This document shows positions 8,786 through 16,410 of a DNA stretch of 47,577 bases, piece by piece. The DNA comes from a virus (lineage: Duplodnaviria > Caudoviricetes), in the IMG/VR virus record IMGVR_UViG_3300012948_000388, positions 1 through 47,577 of that record; one strand, given 5' to 3'. Both the position numbers and the translations under genes were made by a program. The notes below the pieces were generated by a model. It ran no database searches and was not told where the DNA came from. It worked only from the letters and a program-made list of their open reading frames with translations. The stretch's first letter is position 1; each line of letters opens with the position of its first letter.

Positions 8786-9478
8786 ATGAACATCGACCCG
8801 AAATTCACGCGACCGGGGCGCGGGCCGTCCGCGCGCCCGATCGTTCTGTACGCCGGCCTGCTCGACACCGCGACGACGAACGGGCTGCGCTCGATCACGA
8901 CCAAGCTGCTGCACCTCGATCCCGAGCGCAAGCTCGCGGTCGCGCAGGCGACGGTCACGATCGAGTCGGACGGCGTCACCCGTCTCTTCGAGGGCATCGG
9001 CGACGCGACGCCCGAGAACGCCGGGCAGATGGCGCGCGACGCCTGGATCCGCATGGCCGAGACCCGCGCCAAGGCGCGGGCGCTGCGCGACGCGATCAAC
9101 GTCGGCGACTGCTCGGTGGAGGGTGAGGAGGAGGAGGGCTGGGACGACGTCCCGGTGAGCGCGCCGCCCCCGCGCCCGCCGGCGCCGACCCCGCTGCGGC
9201 CGTCCACCGAGACGACCTCCGCGCCGACCACGGTGACGCGCGCACCCGTCACCGAGACGGCCGGAAGCCCCGTCGCCGTCGTCGTCGAGGACGAGCTGGC
9301 CCAGCTGCGGCACCGCTACGCCGAGGTCGTTTTCGAGGCCGAGTCGTGGGGCATCCGCCCGCCGGCGTCGGCGCCCGACAACGTCGCCGGGCTGACGCGC
9401 GCGATCGCGAGCCTCGAGGGCCAGATCGCGCGCGCGCGCTCGACCTCGACCGGCGAGCGCCGGACGGCGCGGCGATGA
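8786..9478 (+). CDS. Putative Rad52/Rad22-like single-strand annealing protein
   Basis: AQATVTI...FEGIGDA...IRMAETRAKARALRDAINVG core, then an acidic/Pro-rich tail; the CDS is solid, the function is inferred. Confidence 0.5.
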   Translation: MNIDPKFTRPGRGPSARPIVLYAGLLDTATTNGLRSITTKLLHLDPERKLAVAQATVTIESDGVTRLFEGIGDATPENAGQMARDAWIRMAETRAKARALRDAINVGDCSVEGEEEEGWDDVPVSAPPPRPPAPTPLRPSTETTSAPTTVTRAPVTETAGSPVAVVVEDELAQLRHRYAEVVFEAESWGIRPPASAPDNVAGLTRAIASLEGQIARARSTSTGERRTARR

Positions 9479-9711
9479 GCGCCTCGGAGCGCTCCGGTGA
9501 GCAGCCGCCGCGCGAGACGAAGATCGCCGAGGTCTGCCAGACCGGCTACCGCTGCCACCACGCGACGCGGTCGATGACGGTCGCCGAGCTGAAGGCCGGC
9601 GGCTACACGCACGTTCGGGTCGTCGGCTACCTCGACGTCGACGACCTCTGCCCGGCGTGCAAGGCGACGCGGGCCGCCGCGCGGTCAGCGCGGAAGGCAG
9701 GCCGGCGATGA
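9475..9711 (+). CDS. Zn-binding hypothetical protein
   Basis: C..C..H / LCPAC. Confidence 0.65.
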   Translation: MSASERSGEQPPRETKIAEVCQTGYRCHHATRSMTVAELKAGGYTHVRVVGYLDVDDLCPACKATRAAARSARKAGRR

Positions 9712-10046
9712 GCCTGCCCGCCCGCCTGAACGGCCACCGCGTCTCGGGCTGGGTCTGCGCGTCCTGCGGCGTCGTCGCGAAGAGCGGCGGCGTCGTCCCG
9801 TCCTTCGAGCTGGAGCGGCGGCGCGACGGCGACATCGTCCCGATCCTGCGGCTCGCGGGTGAGGACGGGCACGCGCAGGTCGTGACGCTCGGCTTCGACA
9901 ACCTCGCCGTCCTGATCCGGGAGGCGCTCTCCTGCACGGTCGCCGACCCGGTGCGCGGACGGGTCATCCTGGCCGAGGCCGACGACGACGCGCAGCGCGC
10001 GTGGCTGCTCGATCAGATGCGCGAGCGGCTGGTCGACCGGCCGTGA
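9708..10046 (+). CDS. Hypothetical protein
   Basis: ATGA overlap; CASC. Confidence 0.65.
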   Translation: MSLPARLNGHRVSGWVCASCGVVAKSGGVVPSFELERRRDGDIVPILRLAGEDGHAQVVTLGFDNLAVLIREALSCTVADPVRGRVILAEADDDAQRAWLLDQMRERLVDRP

Positions 10047-10219
10047 CGCCCCCGACCTGCCTGCGCTGCCGGCCGCCGAAGCCGATGCAGCTCGCCTCGA
10101 GCCGGCCGAGCCCCCAGCGCGCGGGCCACGTCTGCCAGCGCTGGTTCTGCCCCGTCTGCCGCGACGGCTGGGTGGCGACCGTGCGCGCGCCCGCCCCGCC
10201 GAGGCCCGCCCCCGCCTAG
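10043..10219 (+). CDS. Zn-ribbon protein
   Basis: CLRC...WFCPVC. Confidence 0.6.
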   Translation: MTPPTCLRCRPPKPMQLASSRPSPQRAGHVCQRWFCPVCRDGWVATVRAPAPPRPAPA

Positions 10220-10276
10220 CCGCCCGTCCGCTCCGTCCTGGTGGCGGCCGCCACGAATCCGCGAATCTCCTCGCTT

Positions 10277-10334
10277 CGTCGCGTGAAAATACTTGCATCC
10301 TGTAGCGCTACGTGGTACAATGGTGTTACCACCA
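10277..10334 (+). promoter_or_regulatory. Repeated early promoter/operator, copy 4
   Basis: TTGCAT 10293-10298, N17 with GTAGCGCTAC, TACAAT 10316-10321, CCACCA 10329. Confidence 0.9.
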
Positions 10335-10354
10335 CACGAACAGGAGCACACCGG

Positions 10355-10642
10355 ATGGGTCACGCGAACGCGGCGTCGGCGGACAAGCGCAAGCGCTGGC
10401 GCGCGCGGAACGAAACGAAGGACCGCGCCCACCGGGCCGTCGAGAACCTCGTTCGGCGCTGGCGCCGGGCCGGGGTCGCGAAGCCGTCCTGCGCCTGTGG
10501 CCGGTCCGACACCCACGCGCACCACAGCGACTACAGTCGCCCGCTCGACGTCGAGTGGCTCTGCCCGAGCTGCCACATCGGCGAGGCTCACTGGAACGGC
10601 AGCTGGGCGCACCGACGGTCGGCCGCGACGATCGCGGCCTAG
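10355..10642 (+). CDS. Small HNH-like Zn-binding protein
   Basis: CACG...HAHHSDYSRPLDVEWLCPSCH. Confidence 0.75.
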   Translation: MGHANAASADKRKRWRARNETKDRAHRAVENLVRRWRRAGVAKPSCACGRSDTHAHHSDYSRPLDVEWLCPSCHIGEAHWNGSWAHRRSAATIAA

Positions 10643-10670
10643 CGCACGCGATCAAGAAGGAGCAACCACG

Positions 10671-10973
10671 ATGACGATCCTGATCCCCGCGACTGACCCC
10701 CGCTGGGCCGCCGAGCGCGCCGCCGCCGCGTCCGTCTCGACCGCCGAGAACGACGTGCTGCGTCGCGTCAACAGCGCGCACCAGCGCCAGGGCCTCGAGC
10801 GCGTCGAGATCACCGGCAGCATCCGCTACCAGTACGTCCGCGACGCCGCCTGCGCGCGCTACCTCGGGACGGTCGGCGCGCTCTCGCCGCTGTTCGCGAC
10901 CCGCGACGAGGCGGTCGCCTGGGCGACGGCCTGGCAGGCCGAGAAGCCGGCCTTCCGCGAGGTGATGGCCTGA
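10671..10973 (+). CDS. Hypothetical protein
   Basis: AAGGAG RBS. Confidence 0.75.
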   Translation: MTILIPATDPRWAAERAAAASVSTAENDVLRRVNSAHQRQGLERVEITGSIRYQYVRDAACARYLGTVGALSPLFATRDEAVAWATAWQAEKPAFREVMA

Positions 10974-11224
10974 TGAGCTGGACCCGCGGCAGCACCCCGA
11001 CCGGCGCGCCGGTCCACGCGCTCGACGGCACGCCCTACCGCGCGGTCGCGGTCATGAGCCGTTCGCGCGTCGTCGGTCAGCGCCTGGTCTTCGGCCAGGT
11101 GGTGAGCGAGTGCGACCACCGCGCGCGACCGACCGCGTGGGATCTCTACCGGGGCGAGCAGCTGATCGCGCTCGGCGTCCCGACGCTCGTTGAGGCGAAG
11201 CGGCGGCTCGAAGCGCGCGGCTGA
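10973..11224 (+). CDS. Hypothetical protein
   Basis: TGATG coupling. Confidence 0.7.
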   Translation: MSWTRGSTPTGAPVHALDGTPYRAVAVMSRSRVVGQRLVFGQVVSECDHRARPTAWDLYRGEQLIALGVPTLVEAKRRLEARG

Positions 11225-11235
11225 GGAGGACGACG

Positions 11236-11388
11236 ATGACCGAGAAGCAGATCCGCGCGACCGTGGCCGCGCTGACGAGTGGGAGCGCGCGCGCGCGGGA
11301 GGCGCTGCTCGCCCAGGCGCTGGCGGGCGATCCATCGGCGCTGGCGGCGCTGCGCTTCTGGGCGCGGCGCATGGGGATCGTGCGCTGA
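11236..11388 (+). CDS. 50-aa hypothetical protein (absent from the ORF track)
   Basis: GAGGAGG RBS; MTEKQIRATVAAL...RMGIVR. Confidence 0.65.
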   Translation: MTEKQIRATVAALTSGSARAREALLAQALAGDPSALAALRFWARRMGIVR

Positions 11389-11738
11389 GCGACGCGCACG
11401 CCGCCTTCCGCGCGATCGCGGGCACGAGCTGCCCGCGCTGCCGCGCGCCGATGAGCGTCTGGGCGCGCGCCGACGACACGGCGCCGGTCCTCTACTGCGT
11501 CGCGCACCCCGACTGCCCCGGCCGCCGGCCGCTCGGGCCGGCGCTGCGCGCCGCCTGGGACGCGGCGCACCCCGACGCCGGCCCGCGCACGCGCGAGCGA
11601 CTGCGCGCGCTCCTGCTCGCGGCGGGCATCCCGGCGAGCCAGCTCGACCGCCCGCGACGCGGCGCCGCGCCCGACGACGACGACGACGCGGACGCGCCGG
11701 ACGACGACGCGCGCGAGCGCCAGCTCCCGCTCTTCTGA
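11385..11738 (+). CDS. Topoisomerase-C4-like Zn-ribbon protein ending in QLPLF (start uncertain)
   Basis: CPRCRAPM...YCVAHPDC, acidic linker, C-terminal QLPLF; possible CTG start overlapping the upstream TGA. Confidence 0.6.
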   Translation: MSDAHAAFRAIAGTSCPRCRAPMSVWARADDTAPVLYCVAHPDCPGRRPLGPALRAAWDAAHPDAGPRTRERLRALLLAAGIPASQLDRPRRGAAPDDDDDADAPDDDARERQLPLF

Positions 11739-11751
11739 CGATCCGCGCGCT

Positions 11752-11809
11752 CGTCGCGCGGAAAAGGTTGCATTCCGTAGCGCTACGTGGTACAATGGTG
11801 CTAGCACCA
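11752..11809 (+). promoter_or_regulatory. Repeated early promoter/operator, copy 5
   Basis: TTGCAT 11768-11773, N17 with CGTAGCGCTACG, TACAAT 11791-11796, GCACCA 11804. Confidence 0.92.
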
Positions 11810-11827
11810 AACGCACAGGAGCAACCC

Positions 11828-12115
11828 ATGACCGAGGACATCCGCGCCGAGCGCGCCGCCGCCATCGCCCGCATGCGCGAGGAGAGCTTCACCGACCAGG
11901 TGAGCGTCGTCGTCCAGCGCCTCGAGCGCCTGGTCGCCGACGTCCAGGCGCTGCGCTTCCGCGAGCGCTACGGCGAGGAGCGCACGGCCGTCACCCGCGC
12001 GGCCGAGATCACGCACGAGCTGACCTGGGGCCTGGCCAACTGCGATCTGCAGGGGCTGATGAAGCGCGCCGCCGAGGCCGACGCCGCCGCCGCCGAGGAG
12101 GTGGCGTCGGCATGA
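11828..12115 (+). CDS. Hypothetical helical protein
   Basis: AGGAG RBS after promoter copy 5. Confidence 0.8.
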   Translation: MTEDIRAERAAAIARMREESFTDQVSVVVQRLERLVADVQALRFRERYGEERTAVTRAAEITHELTWGLANCDLQGLMKRAAEADAAAAEEVASA

Positions 12116-12336
12116 ACCGCCGCGAGTACCACGACCTCACGACCGGCGCGCGCACGCTCGACCGGGTGCTGGCTGACCGCGTGGTCGCCGCCCGCCAGGA
12201 CTGGACGCGCCTCTGCTGGTCGCGCGCCCCGCTCGGCGAGCGCCGCGCCGCCGCCGCCGTCCACGCCGCCGCCCGCGCCGCGCTGCGCGCCCACCGCGCA
12301 TCGACGACCACGCCGCGACGAGGAGACGACCGGTGA
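12112..12336 (+). CDS. Hypothetical protein
   Basis: GAGGAGG RBS, ATGA overlap. Confidence 0.7.
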   Translation: MNRREYHDLTTGARTLDRVLADRVVAARQDWTRLCWSRAPLGERRAAAAVHAAARAALRAHRASTTTPRRGDDR

Positions 12337-12569
12337 TCGAGATCATCGCCCGCGACGACCTGCCCGACCTTTTGCGCCGGCTACGCGACCAGCTCGCGAC
12401 CGAGGGCATCGCCCCCGACGACGACGACCTCCTGGCCGCCCTCTCGCCCGACGGTCGCGCGCTCTACTTCGCCGCCTTCGGCGCCTTCGTGATGACGCGG
12501 CTCGACGACGACGGGATCGGCGACGCGCTGATGGACTTCGAGGTCGCGCTGGCCGATCTCGCGTCGTAG
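12333..12569 (+). CDS. Small acidic hypothetical protein
   Basis: AGGAG RBS, GTGA overlap, Asp-rich. Confidence 0.75.
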   Translation: MIEIIARDDLPDLLRRLRDQLATEGIAPDDDDLLAALSPDGRALYFAAFGAFVMTRLDDDGIGDALMDFEVALADLAS

Positions 12570-12623
12570 CGCTGGAATGCTTGCGTTCCGTAGCGCTACG
12601 TGGTACACTGGAGCCAGGCACCA
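12565..12623 (+). promoter_or_regulatory. Repeated early promoter/operator, copy 6
   Basis: TTGCGT 12581-12586, N17 with CGTAGCGCTACG, TACACT 12604-12609, GCACCA 12618. Confidence 0.9.
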
Positions 12624-12645
12624 CGCGCACAGGAGAGACAGTCTG

Positions 12646-12972
12646 ATGATCGAGGTCACCAAGCTCGTCCACGGGACGACCGTCCGATCGCGCGTCGAGC
12701 GTGACGGCGAAGGCGTCTACCGTTGGACGTCCAACGGCGGCGTCGTCCCGCTCGACGCGGCCGACGAGTACGGCGTCACGGCGCTCGCGGGCTACGATCG
12801 CGTCGTCCAGGCGGCGGCGCGCGAGCGCGAGATCACCGCCGCCGTCGAGCGCTACCGCGCCGTCCGCGCCGCGCGCGGCTACTCGGCCGAGGAGCGCGCG
12901 GAGATGCGCGCCGCCTTCGGCCCCGGCGCCGACGTCGTCGACGTGCTGACGGGCAAGCGGGTGCGGCTGTGA
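12646..12972 (+). CDS. Hypothetical phage protein
   Basis: AGGAGAG RBS; C-terminal EERAEMRAAFGPGADVVDVLTG. Confidence 0.8.
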   Translation: MIEVTKLVHGTTVRSRVERDGEGVYRWTSNGGVVPLDAADEYGVTALAGYDRVVQAAAREREITAAVERYRAVRAARGYSAEERAEMRAAFGPGADVVDVLTGKRVRL

Positions 12973-13208
12973 CGGAGCGTCTCCTCTACCGCTCGGCCGA
13001 GCGCTGCTGGCGCTGCGCCGGCGCGCTGATCGAGGTCCGCCCGCCCTTCGACGAGGGCTGGCGCTTCTACTGCGACGGCTGCAAGCACCTGACGCTGACC
13101 AAGGACGAGGCCGACGACGCCTGGCGCGGTCTGAACGGCCGCGCGATCGGCGCCGTCGTGGCCGTCCACGTCGACCTGGCGATCGACTGGCGCCGGAGCG
13201 AGCGATGA
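12969..13208 (+). CDS. Zn-ribbon protein
   Basis: CWRC...YCDGC. Confidence 0.7.
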   Translation: MTERLLYRSAERCWRCAGALIEVRPPFDEGWRFYCDGCKHLTLTKDEADDAWRGLNGRAIGAVVAVHVDLAIDWRRSER

Positions 13209-13396
13209 GGCGCGTGGTCGGACGCGATCGTCAGCCCTGGCACCGCTCCAACGGCTCCTGGGGCACGCTCTGCGGCCTCGAGGACCACGGGCGCCGGGCG
13301 CTGCTGATCACCCGCTACGACGGCGAGGTGACGTGCAAGCGCTGCCGAGCCGCGATGGCGCGGCTGGTCACGCGGTACGGCTCGGTGGCGCCGTGA
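13205..13396 (+). CDS. Small Zn-binding protein
   Basis: H...LCG...VTCKRC. Confidence 0.7.
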   Translation: MRRVVGRDRQPWHRSNGSWGTLCGLEDHGRRALLITRYDGEVTCKRCRAAMARLVTRYGSVAP

Positions 13397-13629
13397 GCGC
13401 CGACCGCCCGACGATCGACGAGCTGATGCGCGAGGTCGCGCGACCGCTCGCGTCCGGTGATCGCGTGAGGTCGCGCTGGTCCGCGTGGACGGGCACCGTC
13501 GTCAAGGTCGTGAACGGCGCGACCGCCGGCTCGCGCTACGTCGTCGTCCGCTGGGACGTCAACGGCGCCGAGGGACGGCCGAGTCGCGCGAGCCTGGTCA
13601 AGATCGACCTCCCCGAGGACGCGCGATGA
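13393..13629 (+). CDS. SH3-like beta-barrel protein
   Basis: GDRVR...GTVVKV...VVVRWD. Confidence 0.6.
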   Translation: MSADRPTIDELMREVARPLASGDRVRSRWSAWTGTVVKVVNGATAGSRYVVVRWDVNGAEGRPSRASLVKIDLPEDAR

Positions 13630-13787
13630 GCCTCCTCGCCGCCCGTCCCGCGCTCGGCTGGATCGTCGTCGCCGTCCTGATCGCGCTCGCGCTCGTCGGC
13701 GTCGCGCCCGTCAGCGGGCTCGGGATCGGCTACCTCGTCGCGGCCTGCCTCTACCCGAGCCGGCCCGACGCGCCGCTCGTCTACTGA
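13626..13787 (+). CDS. Small membrane protein
   Basis: Two hydrophobic stretches; ATGA overlap. Confidence 0.65.
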   Translation: MSLLAARPALGWIVVAVLIALALVGVAPVSGLGIGYLVAACLYPSRPDAPLVY

Positions 13788-14071
13788 TGGTCCGGCTCGT
13801 GCGGATCACGCGCCCGCTACCGACGATGCGGCGGCTCGAGGACCTCCCGCCCGCCTACGCGGTGTACGACGACGACGGGCTCGCGCGCGGCGAGGTGACG
13901 CGCCACCCCGCCCGCGAGCGGGCACCCGGCACCCGACGCCGCTGGAGCGCCTGGCGCCGGCCGGCGCCGGGTGAGCTGGCGCGCGAGCCGAGCGCCTACG
14001 CGCTCGGCGACTACCCGACCCGGCGCGCGGCGGTCGCGGCCGTCCTGGCGCTGATCGAGCGCGAGCCCTGA
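13787..14071 (+). CDS. Hypothetical protein
   Basis: TGATG coupling. Confidence 0.7.
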   Translation: MVRLVRITRPLPTMRRLEDLPPAYAVYDDDGLARGEVTRHPARERAPGTRRRWSAWRRPAPGELAREPSAYALGDYPTRRAAVAAVLALIEREP

Positions 14072-14304
14072 TGCGCTCGGCGCGCTTCTACGCCGCGCTC
14101 GACGAGGCGACGATCGTCCGACTGATCGAGACCGGCCACGACGGCGATCCGCGCACGACGCTGCGCGACTGCGAGCGCTGCGGCGCGCCCTTCTGGGTCG
14201 CGCCGCTCGCCAGCGCGCGCCGCTTCTGCACCCCGGACTGCCGCTTCCGCGCCGCCAGCGCGCGCCGCTGGCGCCTCCACCACGGCCGCCGCGCCGCCGC
14301 CTGA
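14071..14304 (+). CDS. CGNR-type Zn-finger protein
   Basis: LRDCERCGAPF...RRFCTPDCRFRA..RRWR. Confidence 0.7.
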   Translation: MRSARFYAALDEATIVRLIETGHDGDPRTTLRDCERCGAPFWVAPLASARRFCTPDCRFRAASARRWRLHHGRRAAA

Positions 14305-14308
14305 GCGT

Positions 14309-14368
14309 TCGTGCTACGATCGCACCGAATCGCTGAGTCCGTAGCACGACGAGGGACGGAGGTCGTCG
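14309..14368 (+). promoter_or_regulatory. Inverted repeat plus overlapping RBS-enclosing hairpin
   Basis: TCGTGCTACG 14309-14318 / CGTAGCACGA 14340-14349; CGACGA 14347-14352 / TCGTCG 14363-14368 around GGAGG. Confidence 0.5.
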
Positions 14369-14369
14369 C

Positions 14370-14774
14370 GTGCGGGTGCCCGCCGAGCCGTTCTGCGAGC
14401 CCGCGCAGCGGGCGCTCCTGCGCACCATCCCCTGCGCCGCCGGCGTCAGCCGCGTCTGCTTCGACGCCGACGTCGTCGTCGTCGCGCCCCGCACCGGCCA
14501 CGTCGACAGCCCGAGTCTGCTGCTGACGCTGCGCCCGCGCGGGCTCAGCCTCGACGTCCACGCGCTGCGCCGCTACCTGAACGCCTTCGCCGCGCGCACG
14601 CTCGAGCACGAGGAGCTGGCGGTCGCCATCGCCTGCGACACCGCGACCGTCTGCCGCTGCCGCGTCTGGGTCGAGCTGACCTTCGTCGTCGACGAGACGA
14701 TGCAGCGCACCGTGCGCGCGCTCGGCCGCGTCGTCACCCACGACGGGCGCGCGAACGGCGGGCGCGCGCCGTGA
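14370..14774 (+). CDS. QueF-like T-fold protein lacking the catalytic Cys
   Basis: APRTGHVD (QueF CPxTGQPD), LRRYLNAF (LKLYLxSF), HEE. Confidence 0.7.
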   Translation: MRVPAEPFCEPAQRALLRTIPCAAGVSRVCFDADVVVVAPRTGHVDSPSLLLTLRPRGLSLDVHALRRYLNAFAARTLEHEELAVAIACDTATVCRCRVWVELTFVVDETMQRTVRALGRVVTHDGRANGGRAP

Positions 14775-15493
14775 CCGAGGAGATCGCGCTCCCGCTCGCG
14801 CGCGCCGTCGCGCTCGACGACCTGACGCCGCACCCCAGGAACTACCGATCCCACCCGCCGGACCAGCTCGCGCACCTGGCCGAGTCGCTGCGCGCCAACG
14901 GCCAGTACCGCAACATCGTGACCGCGCGCGACGGCACGATCCTGGCCGGCCACGGCGTCGCGCTCGCCGCGCGCCAGCTGGGCTGGACGACGGTCAGCGC
15001 GATCGCGCTCGACCTCGACGCGCACGAGCCGCGCGCGCTCAAGATCCTCGCCGGCGACAACGAGGTCGCGCACCTGGGCGAGATCGACGACCGCGCGCTC
15101 AGCGAGATCCTCAAGCAGATCCGCGACGAGGACGCCTCGGGCCTGCTCGGCACCGGCTACGACGACGCGATGCTCGCCAACCTCGTCATGATCACGCGGC
15201 CCGCCGCCGAGATCGCCGACTTCGACGCCGCCGCCGAGTGGGTCGGCATGCCCGAGTACGGCGACGGCGCGCGCGGCTCCGAGATCGTGCTGCACCTGCG
15301 CTTCGAGACGCGCGAGGACCACGCCCGCTGCCTCGAGCTGCTCGGCCTGCCGGCCTACAACCCGGCGCGCGGCCCGCGCCAGGTCGCGACCTCGACGTGG
15401 TGGCCGCCGCGCGCGCGGGCCGACGTCGGCGCGCTCGCCTTCGTCGAGGAGGACGACGACGACGATCCGTCATCCTCCGACGCCGCCGGGTGA
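14771..15493 (+). CDS. ParB/Srx N-terminal domain protein
   Basis: LTPHPRNYRSH...LAESLRANG...ILAGHG...DN. Confidence 0.88.
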   Translation: MTEEIALPLARAVALDDLTPHPRNYRSHPPDQLAHLAESLRANGQYRNIVTARDGTILAGHGVALAARQLGWTTVSAIALDLDAHEPRALKILAGDNEVAHLGEIDDRALSEILKQIRDEDASGLLGTGYDDAMLANLVMITRPAAEIADFDAAAEWVGMPEYGDGARGSEIVLHLRFETREDHARCLELLGLPAYNPARGPRQVATSTWWPPRARADVGALAFVEEDDDDDPSSSDAAG

Positions 15494-16410
15494 GCCGGCG
15501 GCTGCCGCGCTACCCCGTCTACGTCATCTCGAAGGGGCGCGCCGAGCCGGGGCTGACGGCCCGCTTCCTCGACCGCGACCGGGTGCCGTTCCGCCTCGTC
15601 GTCGAGCCGACCGAGCGCGACGAGTACGCCGCCCGCTTCGGCGCGGCGCGGCTGCACGTCCTGCCGTTCCACGACCTGGGCCAGGGCTCGATCCCGGCCC
15701 GGAACTGGGTCTGGGAGCACGCGCGCGCGAGCGGCGCGGCGCGGCACTGGATCCTCGACGACAACATCGTCGAGATCTACCGCCGCCTGCACGGCGAGCG
15801 CGTGCGCTGCCCGGCCGGGCCGGCGCTGGCGCTCGCGGAGGACTTCGCCGACCGCTACGTCAACGTCGCGATCCTCGGACTCAACTACTACTCGTTCGCC
15901 TTCGCGGCCGAGCTGCCGCCGTTCTACCTGAACCACCACGTCTACTCGTGCCTGCTGCTCGACAACGCGCTCGCGCCGCGCTGGCGTGGCCGCTACAACG
16001 AGGACACCGACCTCTGCCTGCAAGTCCTCGCCCGCGGCCTCTGCACCGTCCTCCTGAACGCCGTCGTGATCGACAAGGAGGGCACGATGACGAACAAGGG
16101 CGGCAACACGACCACGCTCTACCAGCACGACGGCCGGCTGAAGATGGCGCGCGCGCTCGAGCGCGTCTGGCCGCGCGTCGTCACCGTCGGCCGCCGCTTC
16201 GCGCGACCGCAGCACGTCGTCGCCCACGCCTGGCGCCGCTTCGACACCCCCCTGATCCCGCGCCCCGACCTGATCCGCCCGGTCGGCCACGACGAGTACG
16301 GGATGACGCTGCGCGCGCGCCGCGACGTCGCCGACGCCCACCTGCGCCGCCTGCTCGGCGAGGCGGTCCCCCCGCGCGCGCTCACCCTGGCCGGCGCGTC
16401 CGGTGGCTAA
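15490..16410 (+). CDS. TET-associated/GREB1-like glycosyltransferase, copy 1
   Basis: PVYVISKGR, RNWVW, HWILDDNI, YSCLL, WRGRYNEDTDL, KGGNT. Confidence 0.82.
   Translation: MSRRLPRYPVYVISKGRAEPGLTARFLDRDRVPFRLVVEPTERDEYAARFGAARLHVLPFHDLGQGSIPARNWVWEHARASGAARHWILDDNIVEIYRRLHGERVRCPAGPALALAEDFADRYVNVAILGLNYYSFAFAAELPPFYLNHHVYSCLLLDNALAPRWRGRYNEDTDLCLQVLARGLCTVLLNAVVIDKEGTMTNKGGNTTTLYQHDGRLKMARALERVWPRVVTVGRRFARPQHVVAHAWRRFDTPLIPRPDLIRPVGHDEYGMTLRARRDVADAHLRRLLGEAVPPRALTLAGASGG

Noticed and set aside
313-12623. The six repeats as a CRISPR array
   Set aside because: They are 0.8-4.9 kb apart, separated by genes, shaped like promoters, and no cas genes are present
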